In this document: piece by piece, positions 14,101 through 25,500 of the stretch
How positions within the stretch are numbered: the first letter of the stretch is position 1
Layout of the letters: each line of letters starts with the position of its first letter
Assembly: GCF_009914755.1 (NCBI RefSeq)
Contig: NC_060942.1
Source: the human T2T-CHM13v2.0 reference genome, Homo sapiens
Length of the DNA stretch: 64,000 nucleotides
Strand: one strand, 5' to 3'
Notes under the pieces: model-generated
What the model saw: only the letters and a program-made list of their open reading frames with translations
Told to the model about the DNA's origin: nothing
Database searches by the model: none
Made by a program: the position numbers and the translations under genes

Positions 14101-17100
14101 TTGTGATGTGTGTACTCAACTAACAGAGTTGAACATTTCTTTTGACAGAGCAGTTTGGAAACACACTTTTTGTAGAATCTGCAAGTGGATATTTGGATAG
14201 CTTTGAGGATTTTGTTGGAAACGGGAATATCTTCGTATGTAATCTCAACAGAAGCATTCTCAGAAACTGCTTTGTAAGGACTGCCTTCAAGGCACAGAGT
14301 TGAACATTCCCTTTCATAGAGCAGGTTTGAAACACTCTTTTTGTAGTATCAGGAAGTGGACATTTGGAACGCTTTTAGGACCAGGATGAAAAAGGAAATA
14401 CTTTCCCAAAAAACTAGACAGAAGCGTTCTCAGAAACTTGTGATGTGTGTCCTCAACTAACAGAGTTGAACCATTCTTTATACAGAGCAGTTTTGAAACA
14501 CTCTTTTTGTAGAATCTGCAGTTGGATATTGGGATAGCTTTAAGGATTTCATTGTAAATGGGAATATCTTCATATAAAATCTGGACAGAAGCATTCTCAG
14601 AAACTTCTTTGTGATGTGTGCCCTCAACTAACAGAGTTAACCCTTTCTTTTGATACAGCAGTTTGGAAACACACTTTTTGTAGAACCTGCAAGTGGGTAT
14701 TTAGATAGCTCTAACGATTTCATTGGAAACGGGAATATCTTCATATAAAATCTAGACAAAAACACTGTCAGAAACTACTTTGTGATATCTGCATTCAAGT
14801 CAGAGAGTTGAACATTCCCTTTCTTAGAGCAGGTTTGAAACACCCTTTTTGTAGTATCTGGAAGTGGACATTTGGAGAGTTTTAACGCCGTTGGTGAAAA
14901 AGGAAATTTCTTCCCGTAAAAACTAGACAGAAGCATTCTAAGAAACTTCTTTGTGATGTATGTACTCAACTAACAGAGTTGAACCTTTCTATTTATAGAT
15001 AAGCTTTGAAACGCTCTTTTTGTGGAATCTGCAATTGGACATTTGGATAGCTTTGAGGATATCGTTGGAAACGGGATTACATATAAAAAGTAGACAGCAG
15101 CATTCTCCGAAGCTACTTTGTGATGTTTGCTTTTAAGTCACAGAGTTGAACATTCCCTTTCAGAGAGCAGGTTTGAAACACTCTTTCTTTAACATCTGGA
15201 AGTGGACATTTCGAGCGCTTTCAGGCCTATGATGAAAAAGGAAATATCTTCCCATAAAAACTAGACAGAAGCATTCGCAGAAACTTGTTTGTGAAGTGTG
15301 TCCTCAACTCACAGAGTTCAACATTTCGTTTGACAGAGCAGTTTGGAAACACGCTTTTTGTAGAATCTACAAGTGGATATTTGGATGCCTTTGTGGATTT
15401 CATTGGAAACGCGTATATCTTCATATAAAACCTATACAGAAACATTCTCAGAAACTGCTTTGTGATGTCTGCATTCAAGTCACAGAGTTGAACATTCCCT
15501 TTCATCGAGCAGGTTTGAAACAATCTTTTTGTAGTATCTGGAAGTGGACCTTTGGAGCGCTTTGATGACTTTGGTGAAAAAGGAAATATCTTCCCATAAA
15601 AACTAGACAGAAGCATTCTCAGAAACTTGTTTGTGATGGGTGTACTCAACTAACAGAGTTGAACCTTTCTTTTTACAGAGCAGTTTTGAATCACTTTTTT
15701 GGAGAATCTGCAAGTGGTTATTTGGAGGGCTTGAAGGATTTCGTTGGAAACGGCAATATCTTCACGTAAAATCTACACAGAAGCATTCTCAGAAAACTCT
15801 TTGTGATGTGTGTCCTCAAATAACACAGTTCAACCTTTCTGTTGATAGAGCAGTTTTGAAACACTCTTTTTGTGGAATCTGCAAGTGGATATTTGGGTTG
15901 CTTTGACGATTTCGTTGAAAGCGGGCATTCATATAAAAAGTAGACAGCAGCATTCTCAGAAATTTCTTTCTGATGTTTGCATTCAACACATAGAGTTGAA
16001 CATTCCCTTTCATAGAGTAGGTTTGTAACACTCTTTTTGTAGTATGTGGAAGTGGACATTTCGAGTGCTTTGACACTTATGGTGAAAAAGGAAATATCTT
16101 CCCATAAAAAATAGACAGAAGCATTCTCAGAAACTTGTTTATGACATGTGTACTCAACTAACAGAGTTGAACCTTTCTTTTGACAGAGCAGTTTTGAAAC
16201 ACTGTTTTTGAAGAAACTGCAAGTGGATATTTGGATAGCTTAGAGGATTTCATTGGAAACGGGAGTATCTTAATATAAAATCTAGACCAAAGCATTCTCA
16301 GAAACTTCTTTGTGATCATTTCATTTGATTCGTAGAGTTAAACATTCCCTTTCATAGAGTCGGTTTGAAACACTCTTCTTGTACTATCGGGAAGTGGACA
16401 TTTGGAGCGCTCTGACGCCTATGGTGAAAATGGAAATATCTTCCCATGAAAAATAGACAGAAGGATTCTCAGAAACATGTTTATAATTTGTGTACTCAGA
16501 TAACAGAGTGCAACCTTCCTTTTTACAGAGAAGCTTTGATACACTATTTTTGTAGAATCTGCAAGTTGATATTTGGATTGCTTTAATGATATCGTTGGAA
16601 ACGGAAATATCTTCATATAAAATCTACACAGAAGCTTTCTCAGAAACTTCTCTGTGATTTGTGTCCTCAACTAACAGAGTTCAACCTTTCTTTGGATACA
16701 GCCGTATGGAAACACTCTTTTTGTAGAATCTGAAAGTGGATATTTGGATAGCTCTAACGATATCGTTGGAAATGGGAATATCTTCATCTAAAATCTAGAC
16801 AGAAGCACTCACGGAAAAAACGTTGTGATATCTGCATTCAGTTCACAGAGTTGAACATTCCCTTTCTTAGAGCAGGTTTGAAACACTCTTTTTATAGTAT
16901 TTGGAAGTGAACATTTGGAGCGCTTTGACACCTTTGATGAAAAGGGAAATGTCTTCCCATAAAAACTAGACAAAAGCATTCTCACAAACTTCTTTGTGAT
17001 GTTTGCTTTTAAGTCACAGAGTTGAACTTTCCCTTTCATAGAGCAGGTTTGTAACACTCTTACTGTAGTATCTGGAAGTGGATATTTTGAAAGCTTTCAG

Positions 17101-17318
17101 GCCTATGGTGAAAAAGGAAATATCTTCCCATAAAAACTAGATTGAAGCATTGTCAGAAACTTGTTTGTGATGTGTGTCCTCAAATAACAGAGTTCAACAA
17201 TTCTTTTGATACAAAAGTTTTGAAACACTCTTTCTGCAGAATCTGCAAGTGGATATTTGGATGGCTTTAAGGATTTGGTTGCAAACGGGAATATTTTCAT
17301 GTAAAATCTACACAGAAG
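8107..17318 (+). repeat. Divergent SF2 alpha satellite (relic or divergent-HOR layer), about 54 monomers
   Basis: Continuous ~171-bp monomers with D1/D2 diagnostics, irregular A/B order (D1-D1 and D2-D2 neighbours), many decayed CENP-B boxes and no constant long period. Confidence 0.93.
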
Positions 17319-19480
17319 CATTCTCAGAAACGTCTTTGTGATGTGTGTCCTCAACTAACAGAGTTCAACCTGTCTTATGATACAGCAGTTTGGAAACACT
17401 CTGTTTATAGAATTTGCAAGTTGATATATGGATAGCTCAAACTATTTCGTTTGAAACGGGAATATCTTCATATAAAATCTAGACAGAAGCACTGTCAGAA
17501 ACTACTTTGTGATATCTGCATTCATATCACAGAGGTGAATATTCCCTTCCTAAGAGCAGGTTTGAAACCGTCTTTCTGTGGAATCTGCAGGAGGATATTT
17601 GGATAGCTTTCAGGACTTCGTTGGAAACGGGATTACATATACAAAGTAGACAGCAGCATTCTCAGAAGCTTCTTTGTGATGTTTGCTTTTAAGTCACAGA
17701 GTTCAACATTCCCTTTCATAGAGCAGGTTTCAAACCCTCTTTCGGCAGTATCTGGAAGTGGACATTTCGAGCGCTTTCAGGCCTATGGTGAAAAAGGAAA
17801 TATCTTCCCATAAAAACAAGACAGAAGCATTCGCAGAAACTTGTTTGCGATGTGTGTCCTCAACTGACAGAGTTGAACATTTCGTTTGACAGAGCAGTTT
17901 GAAAACACGCTTTTTGTAGAATCTGCAAGTGGATATTTGGATAGCTTTGTGGATTTCGTTGGAAACGGGAGTATCTTCATAGAAAACCTAGACAGAAACA
18001 TTCTCAGAAACGGATTTGTGATATCAGCATTCACTTCACAGAGTTGAACATTCCCTTTCATAGAGCAGGTTTGAAACACTCTTTCTGTAGTATCTGGATG
18101 TGGACACTTGGAGGGCTTGGACGCTTATGGTGAAAAAGGAAATATCTTCCTATAAAACCTAGACAGAAGCATTCTCACAAACTGGTTTGTGATGTATGTC
18201 CTCAACTAACAGAGTTGAACATTTCTATTTACAGAGCAGTTTTGAGAGACTCTTTTGGAGAATCTGCAAGTGGATATTTGGAGAGCTTTAAGGATTTCAT
18301 TGGAAACCGGAATATCTTCAGGTGAAATCTAGACAGAGGCATTCTCATAAACTTCTTTGTGATGTGTGTCCTCAACTAACAGAGTACAACCTGTCTTTTG
18401 ATACAGCAGTTTGGAAACACTCTTTTTATAGAATCTGTAAGTGGATATTTGGATAGCTCTAACGATTTCGTTGGAAACGGGAATACCTTCATATAAAATC
18501 TAGACAGTGGCACTCTCATAAACTGCTTTGTGATATCTGCATTCAAGTCACAGAGTTGAACATTTACTTTTGTAAAGCAGGTTTGAAACACCCTTTTTGT
18601 AGTATCTGGAAGTGGACATTTGAAGCGCTTTGACACCTTTGGTGAAAAAGGAAATGTCTTACATCAAAAATAGACAGAAGCATTCTAAGAAACTTCTTTG
18701 GGATATATGTACTCAACTAACAGAGTGGAACCTTTCTCTTAATAGATCAGTTTTGAAAAGCTCTTTTTGTGGAATCTGCAAATGGATATTAGGATAGATC
18801 TGAGGATTTCGTTGGAAACGGAATACATATAAAAAGTAGACAGCAGAATTCTCAGGAGATTCTTTGTGATGTTTGCTTTAAAGTCACAGAGTTGAATATT
18901 CTCTTCCACAGATCAGGTTTGAAACACTCTTTCTGTAGTATCTGGAAGTGGACATTTCGAGCGATTTCAGGCCTATGTTGAAAAAGGAAATATCTTAACA
19001 TAAAAACTAGACAGAAGCATTCTCAGAAACGTCTTTGTGATGTGTGTCCTCAACTAACAGAGTTCAACCTTTCTTATGATACAGCAGTTTGGAAACACAC
19101 TTTCTATAGAATTTGCAAGTTGATATATGGATAGCTCTAACTATTTCGTTGGAAATGGGAATATCTTCATATAAAATCTAGACAGAAGCACTCTCAGAAA
19201 CTACTTTGTGATATCTGCATTCATATCACAGAGTTGAATATTCCCTTTCTAAGGGCAGGCTTGAAAGCGTCTTTTCGTGGAATCTGCAGGAGGATATTTG
19301 GATAGCTTTGAGGATTTCGTTGGAAACGGAATTACATATACAAAGTAGACAGCAGCATTCGCAGAAACATCTTTGTGATGTTTGCTTTTAAGTCACAGAG
19401 TTGAAGATTCCCTTTCATAGGGCAGGTTTCAAACCCTCTTTCTGCAGTATCTGGAAGTGGACATTTCGAGCGCTTTCAGG
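17319..19480 (+). repeat. Divergent edge copies of the 10-mer HOR (transition zone)
   Basis: Monomer order already matches the 10-mer (monomer 8 starts at 17319, 19018, 20719), but many positions carry flank-like bases, e.g. GGTGAAAAAGG rather than GGTGAACAAGG and GATGTATGTCCTC rather than GACGTATGTCGTC. Confidence 0.85.
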
Positions 19481-21353
19481 CTTATGGTGAACAAGGAAAT
19501 ATCTTCCCATGCAAACTAGACAGAAGCATTCGCAGAAACTTGTTTGTGATGTGTGTCCTCAACTCACAGAGATGAACATTTTGTTTGACAGAGCAGTTTG
19601 GAAACACGATTTTTGTAGAATCTACAAGTGGATATTCGGATAGCTTTGTGGATTTCGTTGGAAACGGGAGTATCTTCATAGAAAACCTAGACAGAAACAT
19701 TCTCAGAAACTGCTTTGTGATATCCGCATTCACGTCACAGAGTTGAACATTCCCTTTCATAGAGCAGGTTTGAAACACACTTTCTGTAGTATCTGGATGT
19801 GGGCACTTGGAGCGCTTGGACGCTTATGGTGAAAAAGGAAATATCGTCCCATAAAAACTAGACAGAAGCATTCTCACAAACTGCTTTGAGACGTATGTCG
19901 TCAGCTAACAGAGTTGAACATTTCTATTCACAGAGCAGTTTTGAAAGACTCTTTTGGAGTATCTGCTAGTGGATATTTGGAGAGCTTTAAGGATTTCACC
20001 GGAAACCGGAATATCTTCAGGTAAAATCTAGACAGAGGCATTCTCAGAAACTTCTTTGTAATGTGTGTCCTCAACTAACAGTGTACAACCTATCTTTTGA
20101 TACAGCACGTTGGAAACACTCTTTTTATAGAATCTGCAAGTGGATATTTGGATAGCTCTAACGATTTCGTTGGAAACGGGAATACCTTCATATAAAATCT
20201 AGACAGTGGCACTCTCAGAAACTGCTTTGTGATATCTGCATTCAAGCCACAGAGTTGAACATTTCCCTTCCTAAAGCAGGTTTGAAACACTCTTTTTGTC
20301 GTATCTGGAAGTGGACATTTGGAGCACTTTGACGCCTTTGGTGAAAAAGGAAATGTCTTCCCATCAAAACTAGACAGAAGCATTGTAAGAAACATTTTTG
20401 GGATATATGTACTCAACTAACAGAGTTGAACCTTTCTCTTTATAGATCAGTTTTGGAAAGCTCTTTATGTGGAATCTGCAAATGGATATTCGGATAGCTC
20501 TGAGGATTTCATTGAAGACGGGAATACATAAAGAAAGTAGACAGCAGCATTCTCGGGAGATTCTTTGTGATGTTTGCTTTTAAGTCACAGAGTTGAATAT
20601 TCCCTTCAATAGAGCAGGTTTGAAACACTCTTTCTGTAGTATCTGGAAGTGGCCATTTCGATCGATTTCAGGCCTATGTTGAAAAAGGAAATATCTTAAC
20701 ATAAAAACTAGACAGAAGCATTCTCAGAAACGTCTTTGTGATGTGTGTCCTCAACTAACAGAGTTCAACCTTTCTTATGATACAGCAGTTGGGAAACACC
20801 CTTTTTATAGAATTTGCAAGCTGATACATGGATAGCCCTAACTATTTCGTTGGAAACGGGAATATCTTCACATAAAACCTAGACAGAAGCACTCTCAGAA
20901 ACTACTTTGTGATATCTGCATTGATATCAGAGAGTTGAATATTCCCTTTCTAAGGGCAGGCTTGAAAGCGTCTTTTCGTGGAATCTGCAGGAGGATATTT
21001 GGATAGCTTTGAGGGTTACGTTGGAAACGGGATTACATGTACAAAGCAGACAGCAGCATTCTCAGAAGCTTCTTTATGATGTTTGCGTTCAAGTCACAGA
21101 ATTGAACGTTCCCTTTCATAGAGCAGGTTTCAAACCCTCTTTCTGCAGTATCTGGAAGTGGACATTTCGAGCGCTTTCAGGCCTATGGTGAACAAGGAAA
21201 TATCTTCCCATGCAAACTAGACAGAAGCATTCGCAGAAACTTGTTTGTGATGTGTGTCCTCAACTCACAGAGTTGAACATTTCGTTTGACAGAGCAGTTT
21301 GGAAACACGATTTTTGTAGAATCTGCAAGTGGATATTTGGATGGCTTTGTGGA

Positions 21354-21370
21354 TTTCGTTGGAAACGGGA
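21354..21370 (+). promoter_or_regulatory. CENP-B box, HOR monomer 1 (representative; repeats every 1701 bp)
   Basis: TTTCGTTGGAAACGGGA matches nTTCGnnnnAnnCGGGn. Confidence 0.92.
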
Positions 21371-21865
21371 GTATCTTCATAGAAAACCTAGACAGTAACA
21401 TTCTCAGAAACGGCTTTGTGATATCTGCATTCACGTCACAGAGTTGAACATTCCCTTTCATAGAGCAGGTTTGAAACACACTTTCTGTAGTATCTGGATG
21501 TGGGCACTTGGAGCGCTTGGACGCTTATGGTGAAAAAGGAAATATCGTCCCATAAAAACTAGACAGAAGCATTCTCACAAACTGCTTTGAGACGTATGTC
21601 GTCAGCTAACAGAGTTGAACATTTCTATTCACAGAGCAGTTTTGAAAGACTCTTTTGGAGTATCTGCTAGTGGATATTTGGAGAGCTTTAAGGATTTCAC
21701 CAGAAACAGGAATAACTTCAGGTAAAATCTAGACAGAGGCATTCTCAGAAACTTCTTTGTAATGTGTGTCCTCAACTAACAGTGTACAACCTATCTTTTG
21801 ATACAGCACGTTGGAAACACTCTTTTTATAGAATCTGCAAGTGGATATTTGGATAGCTCTAACGA

Positions 21866-21882
21866 TTTCGTTGGAAACGGGA
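21866..21882 (+). promoter_or_regulatory. CENP-B box, HOR monomer 4 (representative)
   Basis: TTTCGTTGGAAACGGGA, all 9 essential bases intact. Confidence 0.92.
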
Positions 21883-22206
21883 ATACCTTCATATAAAATC
21901 TAGACAGTGGCACTCTCAGAAACTGCTTTGTGATATCTGCATTCAAGCCACAGAGTTGAACATTTCCCTTCCTAAAGCAGGTTTGAAACACTCTTTTTGT
22001 CGTATCTGGAAGTGGACATTTGGAGCACTTGACGCCTTTGGTGAAAAAGGAAATGTCTTCCCATCAAAACTAGACAGAAGCATTGTAAGAAACATTTTTG
22101 GGATATATGTACTCAACTAACAGGGTTGAACCTTTCTCTTTATAGATCAGTTTTGGAAAGCTCTTTATGTGGAATCTGCAAATGGATATTCGGATAGCTC
22201 TGAGGA

Positions 22207-22223
22207 TTTCGTTGGAGACGGGA
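22207..22223 (+). promoter_or_regulatory. CENP-B box variant, HOR monomer 6 (representative)
   Basis: TTTCGTTGGAGACGGGA; the A>G change is at a non-essential position. Confidence 0.85.
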
Positions 22224-22544
22224 ATACATAAAGAAAGTAGACAGCAGCATTCTCGGGAGATTCTTTGTGATGTTTGCTTTTAAGTCACAGAGTTGAATAT
22301 TCCCTTCAATAGAGCAGGCTTGAAACACTCTTTCTGTAGTATCTGGAAGTGGCCATTTCGATCGATTTCAGGCCTACGTTGAAAAAGGAAATATCTTAAC
22401 ATAAAAACTAGACAGAAGCATTCTCAGAAACGTCTTTGTGATGTGTGTCCTCAACTAACAGAGTTCAACCTTTCTTATGATACAGCAGTTGGGAAACACC
22501 CTTTTTATAGAATTTGCAAGCTGATACATGGATAGCCCTAACTT

Positions 22545-22561
22545 TTTCGTTGGAAACGGGA
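22545..22561 (+). promoter_or_regulatory. CENP-B box, HOR monomer 8 (representative)
   Basis: TTTCGTTGGAAACGGGA intact. Confidence 0.92.
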
Positions 22562-25500
22562 ATATCTTCACATAAAACCTAGACAGAAGCACTCTCAGAA
22601 ACTACTTTGTGATATCTGCATTGATATCAGAGAGTTGAATATTCCCTTTCTAAGGGCAGGCTTGAAAGCGTCTTTTCGTGGAATCTGCAGGAGGATATTT
22701 GGATAGCTTTGAGGGTTACGTTGGAAACGGGATTACATGTACAAAGCAGACAGCAGCATTCTCAGAAGCTTCTTTATGATGTTTGCGTTCAAGTCACAGA
22801 GTTGAACGTTCCCTTTCATAGAGCACGTTTCAAACCCTCTTTCTGCAGTATCTGGAAGTGGACATTTCGAGCGCTTTCAGGCCTATGGTGAACAAGGAAA
22901 TATCTTCCCATGCAAACTAGACAGAAGCATTCGCAGAAACTTGTTTGTGATGTGTGTCCTCAACTCACAGAGTTGAACATTTCGTTTGACAGAGCAGTTT
23001 GGAAACACGATTTTTGTAGAATCTGCAAGTGGATATTTGGATGGCTTTGTGGATTTCGTTGGAAACGGGAATATCTTCATAGAAAACCTAGACAGTAACA
23101 TTCTCAGAAACGGCTTTGTGATATCCGCATTCACGTCACAGAGTTGAACATTCCCTTTCATAGAGCAGGTTTGAAACACCCTTTCTGTAGTATCTGGATG
23201 TGGGCACTTGGAGCGCTTGGACGCTTATGGTGAAAAAGGAAATATCGTCCCATAAAAACTAGACAGAAGCATTTTCACAAACTGCTTTGAGACGTATGTC
23301 ATCAGCTAACAGAGTTGAACATTTCTATTCACAGAGCAGTTTTGAAAGACTCTTTTGGAGTATCTGCTAGTGGATATGTGGAGAGCTTTAAGGATTTCAC
23401 CGGAAACAGGAATAACTTCAGGTAAAATCTAGACAGAGGCATTCTCAGAAACTTCTTTGTAATGTGTGTCCTCAACTAACAGTGTACAACCTATCTTTTG
23501 ATACAGCACGTTGGAAACACTCTTTTTATAGAATCTGCAAGTGGATATTTGGATAGCTCTAACGATTTCGTTGGAAACGGGAATACCTTCATATAAAATC
23601 TAGACAGTGGCACTCTCAGAAACTGCTTTGTGATATCTGCATTCAAGCCACAGAGTTGAACATTTCCCTTCCTAAAGCAGGTTTGAAACACTCTTTTTGT
23701 CGTATCTGGAAGTGGACATTTGGAGCACTTTGACGCCTTTGGTGAAAAAGGAAATGTCTTCCCATCAAAACTAGACAGAAGCATTCTAAGAAACATTTTT
23801 GGGATATATGTACTCAACTAACAGAGTTGAACCTTTCTCTTTATAGATCAGTTTTGGAAAGCTCTTTATGTGGAATCTGCAAATGGATATTCGGATAGCT
23901 CTGAGGATTTCGTTGGAGACGGGAATACATAAAGAAATTAGACAGCAGCATTCTCGGGAGATTCTTTGTGATGTTTGCTTTGAAGTCACAGAGTTGAATA
24001 TTCCCTTCAATAGAGCAGGCTTGAAACACTCTTTCTGTAGTATCTGGAAGTGGCCATTTCGATCGATTTCAGGCCTATGTTGAAAAAGGAAATATCTTAA
24101 CATAAAAACTAGACAGAAGCATTCTCAGAAACGTCTTTGTGATGTGTGTCCTCAACTAACAGAGTTCAACCTTTCTTATGATACAGCAGTTGGGGAACAC
24201 CCTTTTTATAGAATTTGCAAGCTGATACATGGATAGCCCTAACTATTTCGTTGGAAACGGGAATATCTTCACATAAAACCTAGACAGAAGCACTCTCAGA
24301 AACTACTTTGTGATATCTGCATTGATATCAGAGAGTTGAATATTCCCTTTCTAAGGGCAGGCTTGAAAGCGTCTTTTCGTGGAATCTGCAGGAGGATATT
24401 TGGATAGCTTTGAGGGTTACGTTGGAAACGGGATTACATGTACAAAGCAGACAGCAGCATTCTCAGAAGCTTCTTTATGATGTTTGCGTTCAAGTCACAG
24501 AGTTGAACGTTCCCTTTCATAGAGCAGGTTTCAAACCCTCTTTCTGCAGTATCTGGAAGTGGACATTTCGAGCGCTTTCAGGCCTATGGTGAACAAGGAA
24601 ATATCTTCCCATGCAAACTAGACAGAAGCATTCGCAGAAACTTGTTTGTGATGTGTGTCCTCAACTCACAGAGTTGAACATTTCGTTTGACAGAGCAGTT
24701 TGGAAACACGATTTTTGTAGAATCTGCAAGTGGATATTTGGATGGCTTTGTGGATTTCGTTGGAAACGGGAGTATCTTCATAGAAAACCTAGACAGTAAC
24801 ATTCTCAGAAACGGCTTTGTGATATCCGCATTCACGTCACAGAGTTGAACATTCCCTTTCATAGAGCAGGTTTGAAACACACTTTCTGTAGTATCTGGAT
24901 GTGGGCACTTGGAGCGCTTGGACGCTTATGGTGAAAAAGGAAATATCGTCCCATAAAAACTAGACAGAAGCATTCTCACAAACTGCTTTGAGACGTATGT
25001 CGTCAGCTAACAGAGTTGAACATTTCTATTCACAGAGCAGTTTTGAAAGACTCTTTTGGAGTATCTGCTAGTGGATATTTGGAGAGCTTTAAGGATTTCA
25101 CCGGAAACCGGAATATCTTCAGGTAAAATCTAGACAGAGGCATTCTCAGAAACTTCTTTGTAATGTGTGTCCTCAACTAACAGTGTACAACCTATCTTTT
25201 GATACAGCACGTTGGAAACACTCTTTTTATAGAATCTGCAAGTGGATATTTGGATAGCTCTAACGATTTCGTTGGAAACGGGAATACCTTCATATAAAAT
25301 CTAGACAGTGGCACTCTCAGAAACTGCTTTGTGATATCTGCATTCAAGCCACAGAGTTGAACATTTCCCTTCCTAAAGCAGGTTTGAAACACTCTTTTTG
25401 TCGTATCTGGAAGTGGACATTTGGAGCACTTTGACGCCTTTGGTGAAAAAGGAAATGTCTTCCCATCAAAACTAGACAGAAGCATTCTAAGAAACATTTT

